Source of the DNA: Dechloromonas sp.
GTDB taxonomy: Bacteria; Pseudomonadota; Gammaproteobacteria; Burkholderiales; Rhodocyclaceae
Direction of reading: 5' to 3'
Assembly (NCBI GenBank): GCA_008933675.1
Contig: WBUO01000001.1
Span: 19,239 to 83,238, forward strand
DNA: 64,000 nt
Each line of letters opens with the position of its first letter. The stretch's first letter is position 1. The notes below the pieces were generated by a model, which saw only the letters and a list, made by a program, of their open reading frames with translations, searched no databases and had not been told where the DNA came from. Shown here in pieces: positions 52,400 to 62,081 of the stretch. The translations under genes were made by a program, and so were the position numbers.

Positions 52400-54192
52400 C
52401 GGATCAGTTCCTCTCCGGTTCGGTTCGAGACGATGACCAGCTGGCTGAAGCTGTTCAGGCTGACATACAGGCCGAGAAACCGGTCGATACAGCGCGCGAA
52501 GATATCGAGACCACTTCCGACGAAACTGGATTCGTCGATGCGCAGCCTGACCTCCTGGCCACGGACAAAGCAGGCGAAGGGCTTGCCGGCCAGCCAGACG
52601 GTGCTGTCCCGCACCTCGATGCCGAGCAATCCTTCTATCTGCCGGCGGGTGGCGGCAGTCCGCGGCAGATCGTAGAGAGCCAGCATCTCCTGAAAGGCGG
52701 CAAGGCCGCTGCCACTCAGCGACAGGTGATTGAGTGACAGGTGCGAAATGATCCGCCATTGGCCATCCCGCCGATGGTCAAAGCGACAGGGCGGCGTCGG
52801 TTTGCGCAGCAGCTTGATGGCGCGCACGCTGGAGCCGCCTTCGAGAAACAGGTCACCCGATGGCAGGCCGACCGACATCAGGGTCGGCAGATCGCGATTG
52901 GTGCAGCTCAACTGCAGGCTGAGAACATCGGTTTTCGGCTGTACCGGATCGAAGTCGGCATCGACGATGGATAGCGAGGTCTCGTAGCCCGGACTGCTTT
53001 CGGCAATCAGATGGTCGCGCTGGACACACCAGTAGTGACCGTTGCGTTCCGGCGTCTCGCCATGACGCAGGGAAAAGAACGGGCGAAACTCGACACTCTC
53101 CTCACCCTGCGGCGTCTGGCGAACGCGGCGCACGGCATCGATCGAATAGACATCGTAGGCATAGGCCCGCCGCCCGTCGGCAACGACCGGGTAACTGGAC
53201 TGCCGGTTACTGATACGGATCGGATCGCCACGCTGGGCAAACAAGTTAACCACCGGTACGCAGCCCAGGCGCAGGTTCTGTGTGCCCAGCGTCTGCAACA
53301 GGCGCGAGGCGTCGCTGTCGGCGCGCAGATCGCCGAGCGCCAGATGCAGCGTGATCCGGCCTTCGGCAAGCAGGCTAGCCGGCAGCGCGGCAAAATCGAT
53401 GTCGAAGAAATTGAACTTCTCCGGAAAGCAGAAATACTCGGTCAGGTAGCGATAGGCGCCGTGCGAGTTTTCCGGCATGTCGATCAGTGCCTCGTCCGTA
53501 GCGAATCCCACCTCGCCGATAACACCCGCCCTGGCAACCCGCCAGCGCTGGTCTGCACCGACCGCGTACACCTTCAGGCAACGCAGGAACAAGGCATCGC
53601 GCAGGGCAGAAGCCACAGAGGGCTCGGCATCAATATAGACGCGCAGCTTCTGCAGCTTGGTGAAGCCAGCCTCTCCCTGCCCCCGCTGTACCAGAGAGAA
53701 GGACAGGGTGGCATTGCAGCCGACCGGCAGACGGACCTCCGTCGGCGCGCTGGCGATCGGATCGAAGCGCAACTCGCCAAGCGTCACGGGTGCCAACTGA
53801 AGGTTCCAGGCCGTACGGAACTTGCAGACTGCCCCCCGGATCGGCCGCGTCTGCAATTCGGTGGCCCGCGGGATGCTGACGATTGACGACATGTCCCCTC
53901 CGCCCGCCTCGAAATGCGCGATCGAACAACTGGGGAACGGACGCAGGTAATGCGGATAGAGGACGTTGAGCAGTGCCTCGGTGAACTGCGGGTAACTGTC
54001 TTCCAGCTTTTTCGCAACGCGTCCCGTCAGCAACGCGAAAGACTGGATCATCCGCTCGACATGCGGATCATCACAGCCCTCACCGGAGAGCAACAATTGC
54101 GCAGCGAGCTTCGGATAGCGCTCGGCGAATTCGCGGGAATGCTGACGCAGAAAACTCAGCTCCCGCTCGTAGTAGGGCAGCAGGTCTTCCAT
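52363..54192 (-). CDS. tssF: T6SS baseplate subunit TssF
   Basis: MEDLLPYYERELSFLR...DPHVERMIQSFA...YVSLNSFSQL. Confidence 0.95.
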   Translation of the reverse strand: MEDLLPYYERELSFLRQHSREFAERYPKLAAQLLLSGEGCDDPHVERMIQSFALLTGRVAKKLEDSYPQFTEALLNVLYPHYLRPFPSCSIAHFEAGGGDMSSIVSIPRATELQTRPIRGAVCKFRTAWNLQLAPVTLGELRFDPIASAPTEVRLPVGCNATLSFSLVQRGQGEAGFTKLQKLRVYIDAEPSVASALRDALFLRCLKVYAVGADQRWRVARAGVIGEVGFATDEALIDMPENSHGAYRYLTEYFCFPEKFNFFDIDFAALPASLLAEGRITLHLALGDLRADSDASRLLQTLGTQNLRLGCVPVVNLFAQRGDPIRISNRQSSYPVVADGRRAYAYDVYSIDAVRRVRQTPQGEESVEFRPFFSLRHGETPERNGHYWCVQRDHLIAESSPGYETSLSIVDADFDPVQPKTDVLSLQLSCTNRDLPTLMSVGLPSGDLFLEGGSSVRAIKLLRKPTPPCRFDHRRDGQWRIISHLSLNHLSLSGSGLAAFQEMLALYDLPRTAATRRQIEGLLGIEVRDSTVWLAGKPFACFVRGQEVRLRIDESSFVGSGLDIFARCIDRFLGLYVSLNSFSQLVIVSNRTGEELIRCAPRNGESILG

Positions 54193-54671
54193 CACCCCCC
54201 CTGGCGCGCGCGATGGCGACTGACCGAATATTGCAGGCTGGTCGGCTGCAACAGCGCATCAAAGGCCACGGGCTCCTGCGCGGGGCGCACGAACAATACG
54301 GCATTGATGGAGAAGTAGAGCGCGTTCACGGTCTTGCGATGCAGTTCCAGTTCGACCCGCACATCGCGCAAGCGCGGCTCGTGAGCGGCAATAGCCGAGG
54401 CAATCGCTGAGCAGATATGGCGGCGGTCATGAACGCTGGCCAGACTCAGTCCGGCAAAGTCGGCCAGGCCGAAGGCAGCGACCGAGCGCCCAGCCAGCGG
54501 AAAGTTCTGCAGCAATGCGTCCCCCAGTATCACCCTTGTATTGAGCAAGGCCTCAAGATCGCGGGCGACGGAATCCTTGAGCTGTTCGAGCGACAGACGC
54601 CAGCGCGCGGCACCGACAGGCAGGTCGTCAAACAACTTGTCGAAGAGGGAAGGCTCGAAACCCTTGATCAT
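54192..54671 (-). CDS. tssE: T6SS baseplate subunit TssE (gp25-like)
   Basis: FEPSLFDKL, SVARDLEALLNTR and HEPRL motifs. Confidence 0.92.
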   Translation of the reverse strand: MIKGFEPSLFDKLFDDLPVGAARWRLSLEQLKDSVARDLEALLNTRVILGDALLQNFPLAGRSVAAFGLADFAGLSLASVHDRRHICSAIASAIAAHEPRLRDVRVELELHRKTVNALYFSINAVLFVRPAQEPVAFDALLQPTSLQYSVSRHRARQGG

Positions 54672-54700
54672 AAAAAACGGCGGAAACGAGTTTCCGCCGT
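54672..54700 (-). terminator. Intrinsic terminator between hcp and tssE
   Basis: acggcggaaa / tttccgccgt stem plus a 6-T tract that ends directly at the tssE ATG. Confidence 0.75.
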
Positions 54701-54720
54701 GTTCTTCACCACATCGTCGG

Positions 54721-55257
54721 TCAGGTCAGGTTCGGCGTGTTCTTGGCGAGGTTCCAGGCACCCTGGATATTGACCTTGCCGGACTTGTTGCCGTCGATAT
54801 TCAGTTCGTCGTAGGTCCACTTGACTGCCGAATACTTCAACGAGAAGGTCTCCTTCGGAATCCCTTCGTCATCCACCGAAGGCGAAACCGAAGCAACGAT
54901 GACGTTCTTCAATTCGATCTTCATGTACTGATGGCGATTCTGGGTGGCCGACGGATTGCCGGTCGTATTCTTGCCGCCGAATGCGCGATAGAAATAGATC
55001 ACCACATCGTTGACCACCAGGCCGGAGGAACATGCCTGGTAGAGCTTCGGGCTGGCGCCGTCGATGTCCTTGGTGAAGATCATCTCACCGTGCTCGACAC
55101 GCTCGGCGGTGTGACCGCCGGAACCCGAGGCCGTCGCCGACTTCGGCTGGCGCATCGTGTGGCTCCAGGTCGAAACTTCCACCGTATCCTTGTGCTTGGC
55201 ATCACGGGAGTCACCCTTGATGTCGCTGCCCATGAACTCAACGTAAATATCTTTCAT
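54721..55257 (-). CDS. hcp: T6SS tube protein Hcp
   Basis: IKGDSRDAKH...SWSH..RQPKSATAS..GGHTAER, TKDIDGASPKL and ETFSLKYSAVKW motifs. Confidence 0.95.
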   Translation of the reverse strand: MKDIYVEFMGSDIKGDSRDAKHKDTVEVSTWSHTMRQPKSATASGSGGHTAERVEHGEMIFTKDIDGASPKLYQACSSGLVVNDVVIYFYRAFGGKNTTGNPSATQNRHQYMKIELKNVIVASVSPSVDDEGIPKETFSLKYSAVKWTYDELNIDGNKSGKVNIQGAWNLAKNTPNLT

Positions 55258-55294
55258 TTGGTACTTTCTCCTTCAGCGTTGCAGGTTGAAAACT

Positions 55295-56779
55295 TCAGTT
55301 CTTGCCGTTTTGCGGCAACTCGGCGACCAGACGCAAAGACACCGAGAGTTCGTCGAGCTGGAAGTGAGGACGAATGAACGACACCGCCCGATAGACACCA
55401 GGCCGTCCCGGCACTTCGCTGACTTCGATGGAGGCCTCCCGCAATGGGAACTGGGCCTTGGTTTGCTGAGACGCCGAATCGTCGGCGGTCACGTACTGAT
55501 CGATCCAGCGCTGCAGATAAGACTGCACATTGGCCGCCGAAGCGAAGCTGCCGATCTTGTCCCGCATCATTGCCTTCATGTAGTGCGCAATGCGGGAGAC
55601 GGCGAAGATGTACTGCAACTGTGCCGACAGCGAAGCGTTGGCATTGGCCGAATCGAGGTCATATTTCTTCGGTTTCTGCGTGGACTGGGCGCCGAAGAAG
55701 GCGGCGTAATCGGTGTTCTTGCAATGCACCAGCGGAATGAAGCCGAGATCGCTGAGCTCCTTTTCGCGTCGGTCGGTAATCGAGATTTCGGTCGGACACT
55801 TCAGTGCCACCTCACCGTCATCTGTGCGGAAGGTATGCGTTGGCAGATCCTCGACCAGACCGCCACCTTCCACACCGCGAATCGCGGCGCACCATCCGTA
55901 GTTTTCGAAAGCCTCGGTCAGGCGTGCGGCAAAGGCGAATGCCGCGTTACACCACAGGTATTTGTCGTGATTCGTGCCATCCACTTCCTCGACAAAATTG
56001 AAGCCTTCCGTCACCTCGCCATCGATCGGGTTGTAGGGGAGGCGCCCCAGGAAACGGGGCAGCGCCAGCCCAACATAGCGCGAATCCTCCGACTCACGGA
56101 ACGACTTCCACTTCGCGTACTCCACGGTATCGAAGACCTTGCCCATGTCGCGGGGCTTGCCGAGATCGGTGTAGGACTCCAGGCCAAACAACTGCGGCGA
56201 GGCTGCCGTGACAAAAGGTGCATGTGAGGCAGCCGCGATGTGCGACATCTGCTCGATGAAGTACATATCTTCCGGCTGGCGCGTCAGCTCGAACTGGCCA
56301 ATCAGGGCGCCGAAAGGTGCGCCGCCGAAGGTACCGAACTCCTCCTCGTAAACCTTCTTGAACAACGCGCTCTGGTCGAAATCAATCGCCGATTTGAAAT
56401 CCCGGACGAGGTCGCGCTTGGCTGCGTTGAACAACTTGATCTTCAACAACTGCCCTGTGGACGTCTGCTTGCACAGATAGTGCAGGCCGGTCCAGGCACT
56501 TTCCAGCGCCTGGAACTCAGGCGCATGCATGACTTCGCTCAGTTGTTCCGAGATCAGGCGGTCAAGCTCGGCAACTCGCGCATCCAGCGATGCCGCGAGA
56601 TTCTCGGAAACGATGACTTCGCCCTCGAGAACCTGACTGACCAGTTCGCTGATGATGTCCCGCGCCCGATGCTTCTCCTGATCCGATTGAGCGACCCGAC
56701 TCTCTTCAATGATCTGGTCGAGCAACCCGGCCTCGTGATGCGGTACCGCACCGGCGGTCGTTGCCTGCTGCAGGTTCAT
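55295..56779 (-). CDS. tssC: T6SS sheath large subunit TssC
   Basis: FQALESAWTGL, YEEEFGTFGG, CPTEISITDRREKEL and PHFQLDEL motifs. Confidence 0.96.
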   Translation of the reverse strand: MNLQQATTAGAVPHHEAGLLDQIIEESRVAQSDQEKHRARDIISELVSQVLEGEVIVSENLAASLDARVAELDRLISEQLSEVMHAPEFQALESAWTGLHYLCKQTSTGQLLKIKLFNAAKRDLVRDFKSAIDFDQSALFKKVYEEEFGTFGGAPFGALIGQFELTRQPEDMYFIEQMSHIAAASHAPFVTAASPQLFGLESYTDLGKPRDMGKVFDTVEYAKWKSFRESEDSRYVGLALPRFLGRLPYNPIDGEVTEGFNFVEEVDGTNHDKYLWCNAAFAFAARLTEAFENYGWCAAIRGVEGGGLVEDLPTHTFRTDDGEVALKCPTEISITDRREKELSDLGFIPLVHCKNTDYAAFFGAQSTQKPKKYDLDSANANASLSAQLQYIFAVSRIAHYMKAMMRDKIGSFASAANVQSYLQRWIDQYVTADDSASQQTKAQFPLREASIEVSEVPGRPGVYRAVSFIRPHFQLDELSVSLRLVAELPQNGKN

Positions 56780-57288
56780 TGCCGCTCCCCTTCCGGCTTT
56801 TTGCCGCCGATGTGATTCAGTTGTTCGGTGTTGGCGAGGACATCGTTGAGCAGATCCTCCAGCTTTTCATTGCCAGCCAGTTTGTTGCGCAGATCGGCGA
56901 GTTTCGAACGCGCCTCAAGCAACTTGCGCAACGGCTCAACCTGTTGCACCACCGACTCCGGCCGGAAGTCCTCGAAGCGACGGAACTCGAGGTCGACAGC
57001 CATCTCCCCCCCGTCCCGACTCAGACGGTTCTTGACCCGGTAGACCGTTCGTGGCGCCATGCCATCCATGACATCATCAAAGTTATCCATATCGATATTG
57101 ACGAACTTGCGGTCGCGGACCTTGCCCTGCGCCTCCCTGGACTGGGCGACAAAGTCTCCGAGCACGCCGACCACGAACGGCAACTCCTTTGCCTCGATTG
57201 CATCGCCGATCTCAACGTCATAGGTCAACTGGACCCGCGGTGGGCGAACCTTCTGCAACCGCTTCTGCACACTCTCTTTTTTTGCCAC
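56776..57288 (-). CDS. tssB: T6SS sheath small subunit TssB
   Basis: GTG start after GGAGA: MAKKESVQKRLQKVRPPRVQLTYDVE...ELPFVVGVLGDF. Confidence 0.95.
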   Translation of the reverse strand: MAKKESVQKRLQKVRPPRVQLTYDVEIGDAIEAKELPFVVGVLGDFVAQSREAQGKVRDRKFVNIDMDNFDDVMDGMAPRTVYRVKNRLSRDGGEMAVDLEFRRFEDFRPESVVQQVEPLRKLLEARSKLADLRNKLAGNEKLEDLLNDVLANTEQLNHIGGKKPEGERQ

Positions 57289-57366
57289 AACCTTCTCCCA
57301 AGTAATCATCGAAACCGTCAAACCAGGAACCACCGGCCAGGGATGTCTGTCACCCCCGAACCGTGC

Positions 57367-57987
57367 TCACTTCAATTGACTGAACGGATCGCCGCCCGCC
57401 GCGGACTTCTGGGCTCCGTTCTCTGCGGCAGCCTTTGGCGACTTGGCACGCGCCTTCCCCCGAGCCGCAGCAGCCGCCTCACGCTTCTTGCGCGCCTCGA
57501 GTTCTGCCGGTGGAACCAGAACATCTTCTCCCAGGGTCTCGCGCATGACACTGGCCAGGCTGGCAGCATCCGAACGGGCATTCCCCTTCAACTCGACATC
57601 GTTGCGCAGGTCGGCCAGTGATTGAGCGGCGACCCGCAAGCCGGCCACAGCCCGGATACTTTTGGCGGTTCGGTCCGTATCATCCCGCTGCAGGACCTCC
57701 TCGGCGGAAACGATGGCCTGCGCATAATCTCCTGCGTCAAACTGGATTTTTGCCATCCGCCCCCAGGGCTCCTTGCGGCTGGGATTCTTCTTTGCCAGAT
57801 CAACCATGACGAGAACCGCATCGTCGTGATTTCCCTTTTCCAGCAGGGCATCAACCTTCTGTCCGGACACCCTCATGGCCTGGGAAAATTCTTCCTGATT
57901 CATGGCCACCTTGTTCGACGCGCAGGCACCGAGCATGACGACAGTTCCCAGCAGAACAACGGAAGACAGTCTTCTAGCAATACACAT
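57367..57987 (-). CDS. T6SS-associated TPR lipoprotein
   Basis: Lipobox LGAC and TPR-like helices (AQAIVSAEEVLQRD); sits upstream of tssB as in Burkholderia-type clusters. Confidence 0.75.
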   Translation of the reverse strand: MCIARRLSSVVLLGTVVMLGACASNKVAMNQEEFSQAMRVSGQKVDALLEKGNHDDAVLVMVDLAKKNPSRKEPWGRMAKIQFDAGDYAQAIVSAEEVLQRDDTDRTAKSIRAVAGLRVAAQSLADLRNDVELKGNARSDAASLASVMRETLGEDVLVPPAELEARKKREAAAAARGKARAKSPKAAAENGAQKSAAGGDPFSQLK

Positions 57988-58154
57988 GAGCACTCCAGGG
58001 AAACACTTCAAGCACGGACAATTAATGACATTGGTTTGCCACAACGAGTGCGGCATAGTACATTACGCGTCTGGCATATTGCAATACAAAAGCATATTCC
58101 CGGCACACCATTCAGCAATGCCTTTGAATAATCGTGCATGGCACGGCACCACAC

Positions 58155-58790
58155 ATGAACCATCGGCAACACCAGCAACCCGGACCATCGAGGCTTTTGG
58201 CCGGAATCGCGCTATGCTTCCTCATCCTTTCCGGTTGCAGTTCAATGTCCAACGTCCAACTGGCCGGTGCGGCAATTGGCCTGGTTCTGGAAGCAACCGG
58301 CGTCATCAAGAAGGACACCAGTGATCCGGCCAAGAGGACGACGGATCTGTCGATCCGGATTTTTGCCGGTGAGCAGCTGAACACGACCAACAATGGCCAG
58401 GCACTGTCGCTGGTCGTCAAGATCTACCTGCTTCGCTCACCGGAGCGGCTTCGCACACTTACTTATCCGCAGATCACCACTACTGACAGCGAAAAGGAAG
58501 GGCTGGGCGAAGACCTGCTGGCCGTACGGGAAGTCACGGTCATTCCAGGGAAATCCTATGACCTGCAGGTCAAGGTCCCCGGCGAAGCCAGCACCATCGG
58601 GATCGTCGGGATGTTCCGCGCCCCTTACGCCGCGCGCTGGAAGCTGGCTTTCGACGCCAAACAATCGTTCAAGACGGGCATTACTGTCGGCGCCCACGCC
58701 TGTGCGCTAACGGCCAGCCAGGGCGGCCTGCTGAGCGAGATCAGCCCGGCATCCGTGCAATCTCTTGTCGGCGTGCAATGCAATTCCTGA
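58155..58790 (+). CDS. tssJ: T6SS outer-membrane lipoprotein TssJ
   Basis: Lipobox LSGC, LNT...QALSLVVKIYLLR and IGIVGMFR motifs. Confidence 0.88.
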   Translation: MNHRQHQQPGPSRLLAGIALCFLILSGCSSMSNVQLAGAAIGLVLEATGVIKKDTSDPAKRTTDLSIRIFAGEQLNTTNNGQALSLVVKIYLLRSPERLRTLTYPQITTTDSEKEGLGEDLLAVREVTVIPGKSYDLQVKVPGEASTIGIVGMFRAPYAARWKLAFDAKQSFKTGITVGAHACALTASQGGLLSEISPASVQSLVGVQCNS

Positions 58791-58803
58791 TGATGGCAAA
58801 CAA

Positions 58804-60147
58804 ATGAGCACCGCAAAAATACTATGGGGCGAAGGACTGTTTCTTCGACCACAACACTTTCAGTTACAGGACAACCATACGGAAGCCCTGATCCGGCGTG
58901 CCATGCTGGCAGCGAACCCCTTCGCCTGGGGAGTCCGCGATCTCGAACTCGACCAAGAGTCGCTGAAGAACGGCATTCTCCGATTTAGCCGCATTGATGT
59001 CGTTTTCGCCAACGGCGATTCGTTCATCGCACCGGATGTCGATCAACTGCCTCCGCCCTTGTCCCTGGAAGGCGCTGTTGCGGAAGAAACCACCCGCGAG
59101 TTCCTGCTCGCACTCCACCACCTTAACCCGCATGGTGGAAACAGTACCGAAAGCGCCGCCGGCGGGGCGCAAACGCGTTACCTCGCCGTTGCCCGGGAAA
59201 TGGCGGACTTGTACACCGATTCTGCGGAGGCGGAGATTTCCACACTCAGCAAGCTCTCCTGCCTGAAAGGGGCAGACGAGCCTCGCGACCAGTACCTGTC
59301 GATTCCTCTGGTGCGGATTCGTCGTACAGCAAGCAACGGTTTCGAACTTGATCAGACCTTCATGCCGCCGTCGCTGCGCCTACGCAGCACGCCCGGCATC
59401 TATCTGTTGCTGCAACGCCAGATTGATGCCCTGCTTGCCAAGGTCGAGGCGCTTTACGGCTTCCACCGCGAGCCGTCGAAGAACATCATCGAGTTCCGCT
59501 CCGGCGACATCGCTTCTTTCTGGCTGCTGCACACAGCCAGTAGCGCCTGCGCCACCCTGACCCATCTGCTGCGCAATCCGGAAAGCTCACCGGAACGCCT
59601 GTTCCAGGAACTTCTGCGCCTTGCTGGCGGACTACTGACCTTTTCCAAGGGACATACCCTGAATGACCTGCCGGCTTATGACCATGCACAGCCGGGCCCT
59701 TGCTTCAGCCGCATAGATCAGATTCTTCGCGAACTGCTGGAGACGGTGATCTCGACGCGCTACTTCGCAATTGCCCTGAGCCAACCCAAACCCGCCTTCC
59801 ATTCGGGCCGCCTGGATTCGGAGAAGATCGACAACAACACGGCCTTCTATCTGGCCATCACGGCCAGCCACGCGCAATCCGAAATCATCGAGACAGTCCC
59901 GCTACGCCTCAAGGTCGGCGCTCCCGATGATGTGGAAAAACTGGTGCTGTCGGCCATGTCCGGGGTTCGCCTCAGTCATGCTGCACAAGTACCAGCACCG
60001 ATCCCGGTTCGCCCCGGCGCCAGCTATTTTGCGCTGGACAACCATGGTCCCCTTTACGAACGGATGCTTAAGGCACAGTCGATCATGATCTATGCGCCGG
60101 AAAGCTATCGCGACCTCAAAATCGAAATGATTGCCGTCATTCCATGA
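58804..60147 (+). CDS. tssK: T6SS baseplate subunit TssK
   Basis: KILWGEGLFLRPQHFQ N-terminus and LKVGAPDDVE motif. Confidence 0.95.
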   Translation: MSTAKILWGEGLFLRPQHFQLQDNHTEALIRRAMLAANPFAWGVRDLELDQESLKNGILRFSRIDVVFANGDSFIAPDVDQLPPPLSLEGAVAEETTREFLLALHHLNPHGGNSTESAAGGAQTRYLAVAREMADLYTDSAEAEISTLSKLSCLKGADEPRDQYLSIPLVRIRRTASNGFELDQTFMPPSLRLRSTPGIYLLLQRQIDALLAKVEALYGFHREPSKNIIEFRSGDIASFWLLHTASSACATLTHLLRNPESSPERLFQELLRLAGGLLTFSKGHTLNDLPAYDHAQPGPCFSRIDQILRELLETVISTRYFAIALSQPKPAFHSGRLDSEKIDNNTAFYLAITASHAQSEIIETVPLRLKVGAPDDVEKLVLSAMSGVRLSHAAQVPAPIPVRPGASYFALDNHGPLYERMLKAQSIMIYAPESYRDLKIEMIAVIP

Positions 60148-60917
60148 CCCACGCACCCAGCCTCGTTTCAATTGCCCCCTCCCTCTCGGGCGAAGACAGC
60201 ACCGTCGAGCGCCCGGCGCGAAGCCTTGTCGACCTCCTCTACGACGGCTTCTACATGCTTATCCTCATGCATCATCGTTGTGCGCCCAAGAGCGCTGAGG
60301 AGTTCTCCGCCGACATCCAGCGTTTTCTCGAACAGTTCGAAAGGACGGCCAGGAAGGCGCATTACAGCAGCGAAGACATCTTCGATGCCAAATATGCCTT
60401 CTGTGCCGCCGTCGACGAAGCCGTCCTGACATCGCAGATGAACATCCGCGAAACCTGGGAACGGAAACCGCTGCAACTGGTTCTGTTCGGCGATCAACTG
60501 GCGGGAGAGCATTTCTTCGACAAACTGGAAACGGCTCGCAACGGGGGGGCCAACCGCATCAATGCCCTGGAAGTTTTTCACATGTGCCTGCTGACCGGTT
60601 TCAAAGGGCGCTACTTGCTGGAAGGGCCGGAAAAGCTGAAGTACCTCAGCGCCCAACTGGGTGAGCAAATTGCCCACATCAAGGGGAAAAGCACGCCTTT
60701 CGCCCCGCACTGGGCTGCCCCAGACAGCATCTCCAATGCACTGAAACGCGACATTCCATTTTGGGTCATCGCTGCGCTGCTCGCGCTGCTAGCCTTGGTG
60801 GCGTTCATCGGGCTCGACTGGCACGCAAGTCGCAGCGTCCAGGAAACACTGGCGCAGTACCGGGACATCGTCCAGCTTGCCCCGCGAGCGCCGAGCCTGA
60901 CGATCACGCTGCCCTGA
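60144..60917 (+). CDS. tssL: T6SS membrane subunit TssL (DotU)
   Basis: YAFCAAVDE, PLQLVLFGDQLAGEHFF, GFKGRY and a C-terminal TM; no OmpA fusion. Confidence 0.93.
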   Translation: MTHAPSLVSIAPSLSGEDSTVERPARSLVDLLYDGFYMLILMHHRCAPKSAEEFSADIQRFLEQFERTARKAHYSSEDIFDAKYAFCAAVDEAVLTSQMNIRETWERKPLQLVLFGDQLAGEHFFDKLETARNGGANRINALEVFHMCLLTGFKGRYLLEGPEKLKYLSAQLGEQIAHIKGKSTPFAPHWAAPDSISNALKRDIPFWVIAALLALLALVAFIGLDWHASRSVQETLAQYRDIVQLAPRAPSLTITLP

Positions 60918-60983
60918 GGCCTCGTGTCGCGGGCGTTTACTGACTCGATCCATGTATGACAGCAGCTTCGGCATGAGGCCCAT

Positions 60984-62063
60984 ATGAAGGAACTGGAATT
61001 GTTGGTGCAACCGCTGACTGGCGATGGCGGACACTGTGGGACGGATCTCATTTTCTCAAGCGAGTTCGACGCAATTCGCGAGGCACGCCGCTACGACGAC
61101 CCATCGCTGTCGCAAGGCGAATGGGTCACGCAGATCAAGGAAGCGGAATGGGACAAGGCCATCCGCCTTTGCGAAGACATCCTGGCCGGCCAGTCAAAGG
61201 ATCTGCGAGTTGCCGCCTGGCTGACAGAAGCATATGGCCAGACGGCTGGCTTGCGCGGACTGGGCAACGGATACCGACTGCTCGCCCGACTGTGCGAGAT
61301 ATTCTGGGATGACATCCATCCACTGACCGACGATGGAGAACTGGAACAGCGCACAGGCCCCCTTGACTGGCTACTCGGTCAGACGACGCAACTGATTCGT
61401 CAAACACCGCTGACGCGCTCGGCCAAAGGCAGCTTTTCGCTCATCGACCAGGAATCGGCACGCTCCATGGCGCGGAATATCGAAAGAAACCCCGAACTGG
61501 CGGGAGATTATGCGCGCACCGGTTCCGTCACCCTGGACATCTTCGAAGCCGCACTCAAGGACACGCCTGCCAGCAGTTTCCGCGATGAAATGAAGGCGGC
61601 CGACGAGTTGAAAGCCGCGATGGGCGCACTGCAAGCGGTACTGGAAAGTCGCCTCGGCGAACACGCACCGACCTTTGCCCCGGCCTACGAAGCACTCGAC
61701 GATGTCGTCCGCTTTTGCCGCCGCCATGGAGGCGGCGAAACGGAAACAGCGGCAAGCCAGGCAGTAATGCCGGAGTCCGAAAACATGCCAAACGCGGTAT
61801 CCGGCATCACGCCCAATTTGTCGCCAGGGGGCATGCCACAATCACGCGCCCAGGCAATTCGGCAGCTGCAGGAGATTGCCGATTTCTTCCGGCGCACCGA
61901 GCCGCACAGTCCGGTTGCCTACCTCGCCGACAAGGCCGCCCGCTGGGGCAGCATGCCCTTGCACGAATGGCTGCGAACAGTCGTCAAGGACGATGCCGCC
62001 CTGTCACGCATGGAGGAGTTACTCGGCGTCGAACGGCCTGCCCAGGATAACAGCGGTTACTGA
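60984..62063 (+). CDS. tssA: T6SS TssA (ImpA_N domain)
   Basis: SKDLRVAAWL ImpA_N motif and C-terminal FFRRTEPHSPVAYL. Confidence 0.9.
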   Translation: MKELELLVQPLTGDGGHCGTDLIFSSEFDAIREARRYDDPSLSQGEWVTQIKEAEWDKAIRLCEDILAGQSKDLRVAAWLTEAYGQTAGLRGLGNGYRLLARLCEIFWDDIHPLTDDGELEQRTGPLDWLLGQTTQLIRQTPLTRSAKGSFSLIDQESARSMARNIERNPELAGDYARTGSVTLDIFEAALKDTPASSFRDEMKAADELKAAMGALQAVLESRLGEHAPTFAPAYEALDDVVRFCRRHGGGETETAASQAVMPESENMPNAVSGITPNLSPGGMPQSRAQAIRQLQEIADFFRRTEPHSPVAYLADKAARWGSMPLHEWLRTVVKDDAALSRMEELLGVERPAQDNSGY

Positions 62064-62081
62064 ACGCAGCCTCCGGCTGGT

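Noticed and set aside
57990-58154. sigma54 or Fur sites in the divergent T6SS promoter region
   Set aside because: TGGCA/TTGC pairs have the wrong spacing, and the Fur-like match is too partial.
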